Assembly (NCBI GenBank): GCA_963802945.1
Contig: CAWDKY010000013.1
Span: 1-59,579 of the forward strand
Direction: 5' to 3'
Source of the DNA: an uncultured delta proteobacterium
GTDB lineage: Bacteria > Desulfobacterota > RBG-13-43-22
DNA length: 59,579 nucleotides
Both the position numbers and the translations under genes were made by a program. Positions 19,566 to 28,571 of this stretch are shown here, piece after piece (the first letter of the stretch is position 1; the number at the start of each line of letters is the position of its first letter). Under the pieces are notes generated by a model. That model searched no databases and was not told the origin of the DNA. It worked only from the letters and a program-made list of their open reading frames with translations.

Positions 19566-20477
19566 ATGAAAATACTAAGAACCCCAGACGAGCGATTTAC
19601 CAATTTACCCGGATATCCATTCGAACCACATTACGAGGAAATCCCTGACGGAGAAGGAGAGATATTGAGAATACATTATTTGGACGAAGGTCGCAAGGAT
19701 GCCGATGTTGTCTTGCTCATGCACGGCGAGCCTTCGTGGGCTTTCCTTTACCGAAAGATGATCCCGATTATTTTAAAGGCAGGCCATAGAGCGGTTGCCC
19801 CGGATCTGGTCGGCTTTGGCAGGTCCGACAAACCGACCAGCCTCCAGGATTACACCTATCAGCGCCATGTGGACTGGCTGGGGTTATGGATGGATCAGAT
19901 CAAGCTCAAAAGGATCACGCTTGTCTGCCAGGACTGGGGCGGGCTTATCGGGCTTAGACTTTTAACAGCAGAACCTGATCTATTCGACAGGGCCGTTGTC
20001 GCCAATACAGGGTTGCCGACCGGAGACGGTCCGATTTCCGAGGCGTTCATGCAGTGGCAGAATTTCTCTAAGGAATCGCCGATATTCGACGTAGGTAACA
20101 TCATCAAGGGGGCATGCCAAATACCCCTTTCCGACGCCATTGTCGCCGCATACAATGCGCCTTTTCCCGACGAATCCTATAAGGAAGGGGCTCGTATTTT
20201 CCCGTCCCTGGTGCCGACTAGACCGGACGACCCGGCGGCCTCGGCCAATCGTCAGGCCTGGACAATCCTTTCCACCTTCAAGAAACCTTTCCTGACCGCC
20301 TTCAGTGACGGCGATCCGATAACCCGCGGCGGAGAGCGTATTTTTCAAGAACGGGTTCCGGGCGCCAAGGGCCAACCGCATACAACCATTAAAGGGGCCG
20401 GACATTTCCTGCAAGAAGACAAGGGTGAGGAATTCTCCTCAGTGATTTTGGACTTTATCAAAAAGACAGAGGGTTAA
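19566..20477 (+). CDS. Haloalkane dehalogenase (alpha/beta hydrolase)
   Basis: LRTPDERF, LMHGEPSW, PDLVGFGRSDKP, VCQDWGG (Asp nucleophile followed by Trp), AYNAPFPD, GAGHFLQED. Confidence 0.9.
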   Translation: MKILRTPDERFTNLPGYPFEPHYEEIPDGEGEILRIHYLDEGRKDADVVLLMHGEPSWAFLYRKMIPIILKAGHRAVAPDLVGFGRSDKPTSLQDYTYQRHVDWLGLWMDQIKLKRITLVCQDWGGLIGLRLLTAEPDLFDRAVVANTGLPTGDGPISEAFMQWQNFSKESPIFDVGNIIKGACQIPLSDAIVAAYNAPFPDESYKEGARIFPSLVPTRPDDPAASANRQAWTILSTFKKPFLTAFSDGDPITRGGERIFQERVPGAKGQPHTTIKGAGHFLQEDKGEEFSSVILDFIKKTEG

Positions 20478-20567
20478 TCCCTTAATAATGCCGAATTTCG
20501 GCAAGGGCGGGGCAGTATTTTGATCAAGGAATTATCACCTCAGCAAAAAAAAGCCGAATCTCGTTGA

Positions 20568-20614
20568 TGCAAAAGTCGAGGGTGTTACAGATCCGGGGCT
20601 CCTCGACTTTTGCA
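20568..20614. terminator. 14-bp inverted repeat between convergent genes
   Basis: TGCAAAAGTCGAGG ... CCTCGACTTTTGCA. Confidence 0.5.
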
Positions 20615-20691
20615 CTATTTAAGTCGGCCGTTGTCTACCGATAAGTCCATCGAAGATTTGATCCATTGACTTCGCCAAAATTTTATGCCAG

Positions 20692-21438
20692 CTAGGCATG
20701 GGCCATGAGGCCGCCGTCAACATACATGAACTGTCCGGTGGTGAACTCCGTCACATCCGACGATAGATAAACAACCAGCGAACCGATTTCTTCCGGTTGG
20801 CCGTAGCGTTTCACCGGAATGTACCGGGCCAGGGTCTCGTCAATCGGCCGGCCGGATTCGGTGAACCACCCCGTGCCGATGGCATTAACCGTAATACCCT
20901 TTAAGGCCCACTCCAGGGCCAGGGCCCTGGTCATTTGGAGCACACCGCCCATGGCTACGCAGTAGGCTGAGCCGTTGGCTATCCCGCGCTCGGCCAGACC
21001 GGAGACGATATTGATAATCCGGCCGTTTTTCTGCTTCAACATCTGTTTGCCGGCAATGCGGCAGAAATTCAGGGCGGACTTGAAATTATAGTCCATGACT
21101 TTGTTCCATTCATTGCTCTTGATCTTCATGAATGGCCGGAAGAAATGGATGTCCCCGGCGTTGACCAGGATATCGATACGTCCGTATTCGGCGATTACCT
21201 GATGAACGGCCTTCCGCACCTGTGCGGCCTTAGTGACATCCGTGGCGACGGCCATGGCTTTTCGGCCGGTTTTGTGCACGGCTGCCACGGCCTCGGTAAG
21301 TATCGGCGAGTTTTTCGCCACAATGGCGATATCTGCACCGGCGCCGGCCAAGGCCTCTGCCACCGGCTTTGTCCACAGTTTACTATCCCCGGCAACCAGG
21401 GCTATCTTATCTTTTATTTGAAATGCCTTCGCTGTCAT
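20692..21438 (-). CDS. SDR-fold protein with degenerate cofactor and catalytic motifs
   Basis: SDR scaffold (RIDILVNAG, VNAIGTG, TTGQFMYVDGG) but VAGDSKLWT in place of TGxxxGxG and YCVAM in place of YxxxK; ATGA overlap with the upstream SDR. Confidence 0.85.
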   Translation of the reverse strand: MTAKAFQIKDKIALVAGDSKLWTKPVAEALAGAGADIAIVAKNSPILTEAVAAVHKTGRKAMAVATDVTKAAQVRKAVHQVIAEYGRIDILVNAGDIHFFRPFMKIKSNEWNKVMDYNFKSALNFCRIAGKQMLKQKNGRIINIVSGLAERGIANGSAYCVAMGGVLQMTRALALEWALKGITVNAIGTGWFTESGRPIDETLARYIPVKRYGQPEEIGSLVVYLSSDVTEFTTGQFMYVDGGLMAHA

Positions 21439-22271
21439 GACAGACCCTCCTTTAAAGAGACTACGGGTGCATAGCCCGTGGTGGCAAATCCTCCGGCCAA
21501 CCCGCCGCCATCGGCGATAAAACATCCTCCAGTGATATAATCCGAGGCATCCGAGCAAAGGAACAAGGCCACGTAGCCAATATCATCCGGCTTGCCTGAG
21601 TGCCCCACAGGAACAAACAACTTTCTGATGGCGCGTCTCTCGGCCATGACTTTCTGGTAATCCTCCGGCTGAAAGTCATAAGTGTCCACAAAACCGGGCA
21701 CGATGCAGTTGACACGAACATTGTATTCGGCCAAGGTTAAGGCCATAACGCGGGTGAGATTGACGACACCGGCCTTGGCTGTGTTGTACATGAAGCTGTT
21801 GCGCTGCCCGCGGAAACCTTCACCGGAAGCCAGCAGAATAATTTTGCCGCTTTTGCGGTTGGCGAAATACTTGCTGACTGCGCGACTGCAATAGAAACCA
21901 CCGGAAAGATTGACATCGATACCGATGCGCCAGTCCTGATCGGAAATTTCCCACATGGTTTTGGCCCGTTCGCCGCGTACGATGCCGGCGTTATTGATGA
22001 GCACGTCGATTTTGCCCATTTCCGCCAGCGTTTTCTCAATCAGGCGGTTAACCTGGGCCGTATCGGTGACATCCGTGGGGACGATCAGGGCCTTCCTGCC
22101 GCGCTCGCGGACCCCCGCTGCGGTTTCTTCAAGAGGTGGTACACGCCTGGCGGCCACGACGATATCAGCCCCTTCCTCGGCCAGACGAAAGGCCATGGAC
22201 CTCCCCAGTCCCGTCCCCCCGCCAGTAATGATGATGACCTTGCCGTCAAGGGTCCCTTTTCCTTCATTCAT
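21435..22271 (-). CDS. Short-chain dehydrogenase/reductase
   Basis: TGGGTGLG, INNAG, YNTAK, VNCIVPG, DYITGGCFIADGG; strong RBS. Confidence 0.92.
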   Translation of the reverse strand: MNEGKGTLDGKVIIITGGGTGLGRSMAFRLAEEGADIVVAARRVPPLEETAAGVRERGRKALIVPTDVTDTAQVNRLIEKTLAEMGKIDVLINNAGIVRGERAKTMWEISDQDWRIGIDVNLSGGFYCSRAVSKYFANRKSGKIILLASGEGFRGQRNSFMYNTAKAGVVNLTRVMALTLAEYNVRVNCIVPGFVDTYDFQPEDYQKVMAERRAIRKLFVPVGHSGKPDDIGYVALFLCSDASDYITGGCFIADGGGLAGGFATTGYAPVVSLKEGLS

Positions 22272-22348
22272 AAGTTTTCCTCCTTTTTAACAGTGATCTC
22301 ATTTTAGGTTATTAAAATATTAAAACGAAAATAACAACGACTAAGCCT

Positions 22349-22455
22349 TTGGATTGGTTGTTTGCCGTCATGCCGGACTCGATCCGGCATCCAGGGATTT
22401 TGATGCTTAAATTAACCTGGCTTCCGGCTTTCACCGGAATGACAATCCAATCCCA
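22349..22455. repeat. REP-like palindromic element
   Basis: GTCATGCCGGACTCGATCCGGCATCCAG ... CTGGCTTCCGGCTTTCACCGGAATGAC flanked by TTGGATTGG / CAATCCAA. Confidence 0.55.
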
Positions 22456-22537
22456 ACCGAAGTAATATTTTCATGCTTTGTGGTGACCCAAAAGGTCATG
22501 AGGATTTTACATAAAAATGAAAATGGTCTTTTTTGTT

Positions 22538-24139
22538 TTATTTTTGGTAAACGATTTCTCCGTCGATCATAGCCAGTTCCACTGCAATCGACGGCCAGTC
22601 TTCAGGGGCGACTTCGAACAAATTTTTTTCGAACACGGTAAGATCAGCTCGCTTTCCAAGAGTAATGGAACCGAGATCGTTTTCACGTCCTGATGTCCAG
22701 GCAGGAATGCGCGTGAATCCTTCAATGCCTTCCTCCAGGGAAAGACGTTCTTCCGGGAACCATCCCCCCGGCGGCTCTCCCTCGGGGGTCTGCCGGGTTA
22801 CCGCTGCTTGAAGTCCGAGAACAGGATTGATGTGATCAAAGGGCGCATCGGAGCCGAATTGAACGGGAATTCCCGCCTTTCGGAGGGTTTTCCAGGCATA
22901 GGCTTGACGGCAACGGGAGTGCCCCCATTTTTCTTCCGCCTGTTGCCAATCCGTAGCGGTAAACACCGGCTGAACTGAGGCCGTTACTTCCAATTCCCGA
23001 AACAAAGGCAGGTCTTTGGATCGATGGAGCTGGACATGTTCGAGGCGATCCCTTTTTTCCCCAAGTCTTATTCCTTCCATCTTTCTTGCTTCTGTAATGG
23101 CGGTCAGGCAGTTGGTGACGGCCTTGTCCCCAATGGCATGGATAGCCGCGGCCCCGCCCCAGGCATAGATGCGGCGTATCTGGTCCCGGAGAGATTCAAC
23201 AGGAAGTGTGGACAAGCCGCTGTTGGAAGGATCGTCCCTATAAGGTTCGTGCAGCAGGGCGGTACTGGAACCCAGGGAACCGTCCGAAAACAATTTCATA
23301 TGCCCTACCCATAACCGCGGGCTGCCGGAACCGGGCTTGATGTCCTTAGCAGAGAGGGTCTCGATATCTTGAGGACGAAGCAGGTGGTAGATCCGAATTT
23401 TGAGTTTTCCCTCTTTTTCCAGTTCCCCCAATGCTTCGAACTGCGGAAGCATTTCGCAGGAATGAATTCCCGTCAGCCCCGACTTCAAGGCCTCTTGTTG
23501 AGCAGCCAAGGCTGCGGCCTTCAGATCTTCCCGTGAACTTCTGGGCATAAATTTTCTGAGGACACCTATGGCTTCCCTTAGAATCCCTGTAGGTTCACCG
23601 GTTATCGGGTCTCTTTCGATTTTTCCACCCGGAGGATCGGGGGAGTCTTTGGTGATGCCGGCTTTCTCTAGGGCCAAAGAGTTGACCCAAACCGTATGGC
23701 CGTCGGCCCGAAACAACATCAGGGGATTGTCCGGAGTCAGGTCGTCGAGATCGCCGCGGGTGGGTGGCCTGTTTTCCTTCCACTGGCGGTCATCCCATCC
23801 TCGGCCGGTAATCCATTCTCCGGGCGGGTAGTTAGATACAGCGGTTCGGATTTTTTCCCGGCATTGGGCCAGAGAGGAAAGATTCTTAAGGTTCGCCAGG
23901 CTCAAGGTTTGACCGAAGGAACAAAAATGGGCGTGCCCGTCCACAAGTCCCGGAACAACGAGCCTTCCAGGCAGGTCCAGAATTTTCGTATGGCCGGAAC
24001 AAAGCTGTTTTATTTCCTGATCGCTTCCCATGGCTGCTATCCGGCCGTCTTTGATTCCCACAGCCTCGGCCCAGGTGATTTTCGGATCTCCGGTAAAAAT
24101 TTTCGATGATCGGATGGCGATATCCATATTCTTCTTCAT
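22538..24139 (-). CDS. Metal-dependent amidohydrolase (Amidohydro_3/YtcJ-like)
   Basis: PGLVDGHAH, DGHTVWVNS, KLFSDGSLG, IHAIGD, RLEHVQ, FGSDAP, GKRADL. Confidence 0.92.
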   Translation of the reverse strand: MKKNMDIAIRSSKIFTGDPKITWAEAVGIKDGRIAAMGSDQEIKQLCSGHTKILDLPGRLVVPGLVDGHAHFCSFGQTLSLANLKNLSSLAQCREKIRTAVSNYPPGEWITGRGWDDRQWKENRPPTRGDLDDLTPDNPLMLFRADGHTVWVNSLALEKAGITKDSPDPPGGKIERDPITGEPTGILREAIGVLRKFMPRSSREDLKAAALAAQQEALKSGLTGIHSCEMLPQFEALGELEKEGKLKIRIYHLLRPQDIETLSAKDIKPGSGSPRLWVGHMKLFSDGSLGSSTALLHEPYRDDPSNSGLSTLPVESLRDQIRRIYAWGGAAAIHAIGDKAVTNCLTAITEARKMEGIRLGEKRDRLEHVQLHRSKDLPLFRELEVTASVQPVFTATDWQQAEEKWGHSRCRQAYAWKTLRKAGIPVQFGSDAPFDHINPVLGLQAAVTRQTPEGEPPGGWFPEERLSLEEGIEGFTRIPAWTSGRENDLGSITLGKRADLTVFEKNLFEVAPEDWPSIAVELAMIDGEIVYQK

Positions 24140-24293
24140 AGATAGCAAAGGATAAGGACTACTACAACTCCTATTTTTTAGAAACTTGAATTATGACAAG
24201 CCTTTTGATAAACTCACAGTTGCTATCATTTTTCGTTCTTATTAATAATTCATCTTCCATATCTAAAGATACTTATATAGTAAAGGAAAAAAA

Positions 24294-25727
24294 ATGAAAG
24301 GATACGAAAGACTTGCTTTCCTGGATGCCACAGCCTTAGCCAGGCTGATCATGAGAAAAGAAATTCAGGTCAATGAACTCTTGGAATTCACCATTGAACG
24401 GATTGAAAAAATAAATCCGAAGCTTAATGCTGTTATCACCCCCATGTATGATGAGGCGCGCCAGGCAGTCCGGGAACCCATTCCCGACGGTCCTTTCGCC
24501 GGTGTGCCTTTCTTGATCAAAGACCTTCTCGCCTCATACCAGGGTGTACGCATGACCTTTGGGACAAAAAATCTACAGCATTACATTGCCGATCATGACA
24601 GTGAATTGGTATCCCGTTATAAAAAAGCGGGATTTATTACGCTGGGCAAAACGAACACCCCGGAACTGGGCCTCATGCCCACCACTGAATCGCGTTTATT
24701 GGGCCCCTGCCGTAATCCCTGGAATCTTAATCGTACAACCGGGGGATCCAGCGGCGGATCGGCGGCGGCTGTGGCCTCGGGCATGGTCTCTGTCGCCCAT
24801 GGAAACGACGGCGGCGGTTCTATCCGCATTCCCTCCTCCTGTTGCGGGGTGTTCGGCCTGAAACCCACTAGGGGGAGGAACCCTTTGGGGCCTGATTTTG
24901 GAGACATCATGAGCGGCTTGGTGGCTGAACACGTCATCACCCGATCGGTGCGGGATTCCGCAGCCATCCTGGATGCCACCATGGGATGCGACATCGGTGA
25001 TCCTTACTTCGCCCCCCAACCCGCAAGGCCTTTCAAGAAAGAAGTCGGGAAGAATCCCGGACGGCTCCGCATTGCCTATACGAGCCAAACGCTCAGGGGA
25101 GAGGCCTTTGCCGAGGATTGTCTAAAATCCCTCATGGATGCCGTAAAGCTCTGTTCCGACCTCGGCCATGACTTGATTGAAACGAAACCCACTCTCGACG
25201 GGGAACAACTAGGCAGGGCCTTTACAGTCATTTGGGCCGCAGGATGTACCTCTAACATCGAAGGAATTTCCCATATCACGGGGAAGAACCCATCTCCCGA
25301 TCAGTATGAACCGGTCACCTGGGGACTTTATGAAATGGGAAAACGATTTAGCGGTTCGGATTATCTTTTTGCCGTCCAGACCCTTCAGATGATTTCAAGG
25401 AAGGTGGCCCACTTCTTTTTAGACTTCGATATATTCATGACGCCTACCCTTGGCGAATCTCCGGTTGTCCTGGGAACTTTCGATTCTCCTATTGACGATC
25501 CCCTCAAGGGATGGAGGCGGTCGGCCCAGTTTGTCCCCTTCACGCCTATCTGTAATGCCACCGGGCAGCCAGCCATGTCTGTTCCTCTCTATTGGAACGA
25601 TGATGGGCTTCCCATAGGCACCCATTTCATAGGACGCTTCGGCGAAGAAGCTACCCTCTTTCGTCTGGCATCCCAGCTTGAAAAGGCCAGGCCATGGAAA
25701 CGCCGCAGGCCGCCCATTTCAGGTTGA
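24294..25727 (+). CDS. Amidase-signature family amidase
   Basis: [53 protein letters not shown]. Confidence 0.95.
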   Translation: MKGYERLAFLDATALARLIMRKEIQVNELLEFTIERIEKINPKLNAVITPMYDEARQAVREPIPDGPFAGVPFLIKDLLASYQGVRMTFGTKNLQHYIADHDSELVSRYKKAGFITLGKTNTPELGLMPTTESRLLGPCRNPWNLNRTTGGSSGGSAAAVASGMVSVAHGNDGGGSIRIPSSCCGVFGLKPTRGRNPLGPDFGDIMSGLVAEHVITRSVRDSAAILDATMGCDIGDPYFAPQPARPFKKEVGKNPGRLRIAYTSQTLRGEAFAEDCLKSLMDAVKLCSDLGHDLIETKPTLDGEQLGRAFTVIWAAGCTSNIEGISHITGKNPSPDQYEPVTWGLYEMGKRFSGSDYLFAVQTLQMISRKVAHFFLDFDIFMTPTLGESPVVLGTFDSPIDDPLKGWRRSAQFVPFTPICNATGQPAMSVPLYWNDDGLPIGTHFIGRFGEEATLFRLASQLEKARPWKRRRPPISG

Positions 25728-25803
25728 AGAATATTCGGTCTGCAATAAACAAAAAAATAGAGCGCTGTCCCTGCTTATAAAAATAAAAAAGGAGAAACAA
25801 GTG

Positions 25804-26511
25804 ATGAGCAACACCACAATTCTTGATCAGGCATTTCATTTTATTATGAAACGCATGGTGGAAACAGGCCAGGCCCCGTTTTACACGGAACTGGCAATTG
25901 AAGTCGGTCTTCCGATGGAAGAAGGCAGGAAAATCCTCCATGATCTTTTCTCCTCCGGCATAGCGGGATGGCTTTATCCTAAAACCGACCACATCGTCTC
26001 CTTTGCACCTTTCAACAATCTGCCCACCCAATACCGTATCACCATTGAAGGTCAGCAGAAATGGTTCGGCCAGTGAGCCTTTGAATCGCTGGCGGTCTGC
26101 TGGCTCTTTCCCGGCAAGAAAGTAACTATAGATTTCCCCTGCCTCGATTGTGGCGAAACTCTCCGGGTGATGCTTCAAGATGGTCAGATCCTGAATGATC
26201 GGGAATCGGCAGGATACATGACCTACGTCTCTGTGCCTTTCTGGAAATGGTTTGAAGATTCAAGCTATGCCTGAAGCACCATGACAATCTTCCGGTCGGA
26301 AGAGCATGTCCGCAACTGGGCCTCCTTTGTCCAGGGAACCGATGAGGGCCTTACCCCGCTTCCCGATATGGTCAAACTTTTTTCCGGACCTTACTTCAAG
26401 CGACGGATGGATGAGGATTATGTCTCCCACATGTTTGAATACGCCCGGGAAATGATCCCAACCATGAAAGAAATCGGCAAGACCGGGCCTTTCTGGAAGC
26501 GGCCGAAATAA
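25804..26511 (+). CDS. MerB (organomercurial lyase)-like protein with two in-frame TGA codons (26074-26076, 26272-26274) read as selenocysteine, 235 aa
   Basis: One continuous frame apart from the two TGAs; KWFGQ-U-AFESL aligns with MerB YAWC96ALDTL, FPCLDCG with the Cys117 region, SSYA-U-STMTIFRSEEHVRNW with QSFC159CHVHFFASVPTAEDW; RBS GGAG at 25791. Confidence 0.85.
26077..26103 (+). promoter_or_regulatory. SECIS-like hairpin 1
   Basis: CTGGC-GGTCT-GCTGG (26089-26103, includes G-U pairs); loop starts 17 nt after the TGA, like E. coli fdhF GCA-GGUC-UGC. Confidence 0.65.
26275..26308 (+). promoter_or_regulatory. SECIS-like hairpin 2
   Basis: TCTTCC-GGTC-GGAAGA perfect 6-bp stem (26288-26303), extendable by CATG/CATG; loop starts 19 nt after the TGA. 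Confidence 0.75.
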
Positions 26512-26657
26512 TAAGGCGTTGTATGGATGCAGAATAGGACCAACGCTATTCGTATTAACCGGGATAGCCAGATGAAAACCAGGGACAGAATTGCTTTGAC
26601 CGAACAGAATAACCCTCACTATACTTGGCAAAGGACTTGCGTTAGGAAAGCCGAACC

Positions 26658-27950
26658 ATGAAAAAAGAACCCACCCGAGAAGAATTGAAAAAAGAGAATC
26701 TCCTCCTCAGAGAGGAAATTTTTGGCTTGAAACGATTGAAGCAGCCCATCGGTGAAAGCGAAAATTTTTACAAAACCATACTGGAGAACTCGTTAGCCGG
26801 TATTTATGTCCTCCAGGATGGAAAATTCCGGGCCATCAATTCTATCGCCGCTTCTTATACCGGATATCCTCAGGAAGAATTGATCGGAAAAAGAGCGGAC
26901 AGCATCATTTTCCCCGAAGACAAAAAGGAAGCCAAACGAAATTCTCGGGACATGCTCTTGGGAACACGTTTATTCCCCTACGAATTCCGGATCGTCACCA
27001 AACAAAAAGAAATCCACTGGATCATGGAAACCGTCACCTCAACGATTTTTAGGGGGAAAAAGGCTGTATTGGGCAATGCCATGGATATCACTGAACGAAA
27101 AGCAGTGGAACAACGGTTGCAGGAATCCGAAGATCTGTACCGAGCCATATTTGAAACCACCGGAACGGCCATCATCATTATCGAAGAGGATAAGACCATC
27201 TCCTTGATCAATTCCGAATTTGAAAAATTGACCGGATATCGAAAAGAAGAATGGGAAGGAAAAAAGAAATGGACCGAATACGTGGTTAAAATGGACCTGA
27301 ACCGGATGAAGAGATACCATCATCTCCGACGCGTTGACCCCGGGTCCGCCCCCAGAACCTATGAACATGATCTGATAGACAGCCGGGGAAGAATCAGAAA
27401 CATACACCTGACCGTCGGGATGATTCCCGGAACCTCCAAGAGTGTCGCCTCCTTTACCGATATCACTGCCTGGAAAGAGGCGGAGAAAGGATTAAAGAAA
27501 AGGGAGGAGGAATTAAAGATCAAATCACAGAACCTGGAGGAATTGAATACCGCTTTGAGAGTCCTGCTCAAACAGCGGGAAGAAGACCGGGAAGAACTGG
27601 AAGGGAAGGTGTTGTCCAATATCAAGGAGTTCGTCTTGCCCTATGTAGAGCGAATGCATCACAGCAGTATGTCCACCAGAGATAAGGCCTTTGTGGATAT
27701 CCTGGAATCCAACCTCAAGGAGATCCTTTCTCCCTTTTCCCGAAAACTTTCCTCCAGGTATCTTCATCTGACCCCTAAGGAAATTCAGATAGCCCATTTC
27801 GTCAAAGAAGGCCGAACAAGCAAGGAAATCGCCGAGATCCTGAATGTCTCCAAGAGCGCGGTGGATATCCACCGTTACCGGCTGAGGAATAAATTGGGAT
27901 TGAACCATCAAAAAGCCAACCTGCAGTCTCACCTGATCGCTCTGGCTTAA
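26658..27950 (+). CDS. PAS-PAS-LuxR(HTH) one-component transcriptional regulator
   Basis: Two PAS/PAC repeats (DITERK, DITAWK), coiled coil, C-terminal LTPKEIQIAHFVKEGRTSKEIAEILNVS..HRYRLRNKLG. Confidence 0.92.
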   Translation: MKKEPTREELKKENLLLREEIFGLKRLKQPIGESENFYKTILENSLAGIYVLQDGKFRAINSIAASYTGYPQEELIGKRADSIIFPEDKKEAKRNSRDMLLGTRLFPYEFRIVTKQKEIHWIMETVTSTIFRGKKAVLGNAMDITERKAVEQRLQESEDLYRAIFETTGTAIIIIEEDKTISLINSEFEKLTGYRKEEWEGKKKWTEYVVKMDLNRMKRYHHLRRVDPGSAPRTYEHDLIDSRGRIRNIHLTVGMIPGTSKSVASFTDITAWKEAEKGLKKREEELKIKSQNLEELNTALRVLLKQREEDREELEGKVLSNIKEFVLPYVERMHHSSMSTRDKAFVDILESNLKEILSPFSRKLSSRYLHLTPKEIQIAHFVKEGRTSKEIAEILNVSKSAVDIHRYRLRNKLGLNHQKANLQSHLIALA

Positions 27951-28571
27951 TATATTACAATTGACATAAAATAAAACTAATATATTTTTAATATTGTAAA
28001 ATTGTAATCATTACCCTACCCTGGCCGACAAACCCTTCGGCCTGCCGCCAAAATCCAAGAAGGAAGGCCGTTTCAAGGCAGGCTGATAGTATTGGAACCA
28101 TATTATTTATCCAACACAAAGGAGAGTCCTAGGAAAAGAAGATTAACAAGATCGATTAGGGGTCAGGTTTTTATGGTTGTAGTCCCTGGTTGAATTGGCC
28201 CGCCACAGACTGCCCAAAAAGCCAGGTTCTGTTTTTTCGTTGACACCCGAATATTCCCGATGTAATAAAAGATGTAATAAAAGAGATAAAACCTTCTTGT
28301 TACCGAACATTAACAATCACGAAAAAGTGCGGTTCCTATTTAGAAAGCTTTTCCCCCCGCATTTACGCGTTGCTTGCTTCTTGCTGGGTAACTATCTCGA
28401 TCTTTGAAACATTGGAAGTGACCGTTGTCCTAATTTTTCCTTATCGAAATAAAAAATCAGAGCCTAGGCCGATCTTTTATTTAGACCACTCATGGCTAGA
28501 AACGTTTTGCCTCTGCAGACCGCCAAAGCTGCCAGGCCCAGACACTGTCAAATAAAAGGAGTCATGGATCA

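Noticed and set aside
26074-26274. TGA as Trp/Gly (alternative genetic code) or as ordinary nonsense mutations
   Set aside because: TGA is a normal stop for lon, mnmE, the amidase and holB here; only these two fall at Cys-equivalent sites with SECIS-like stems.
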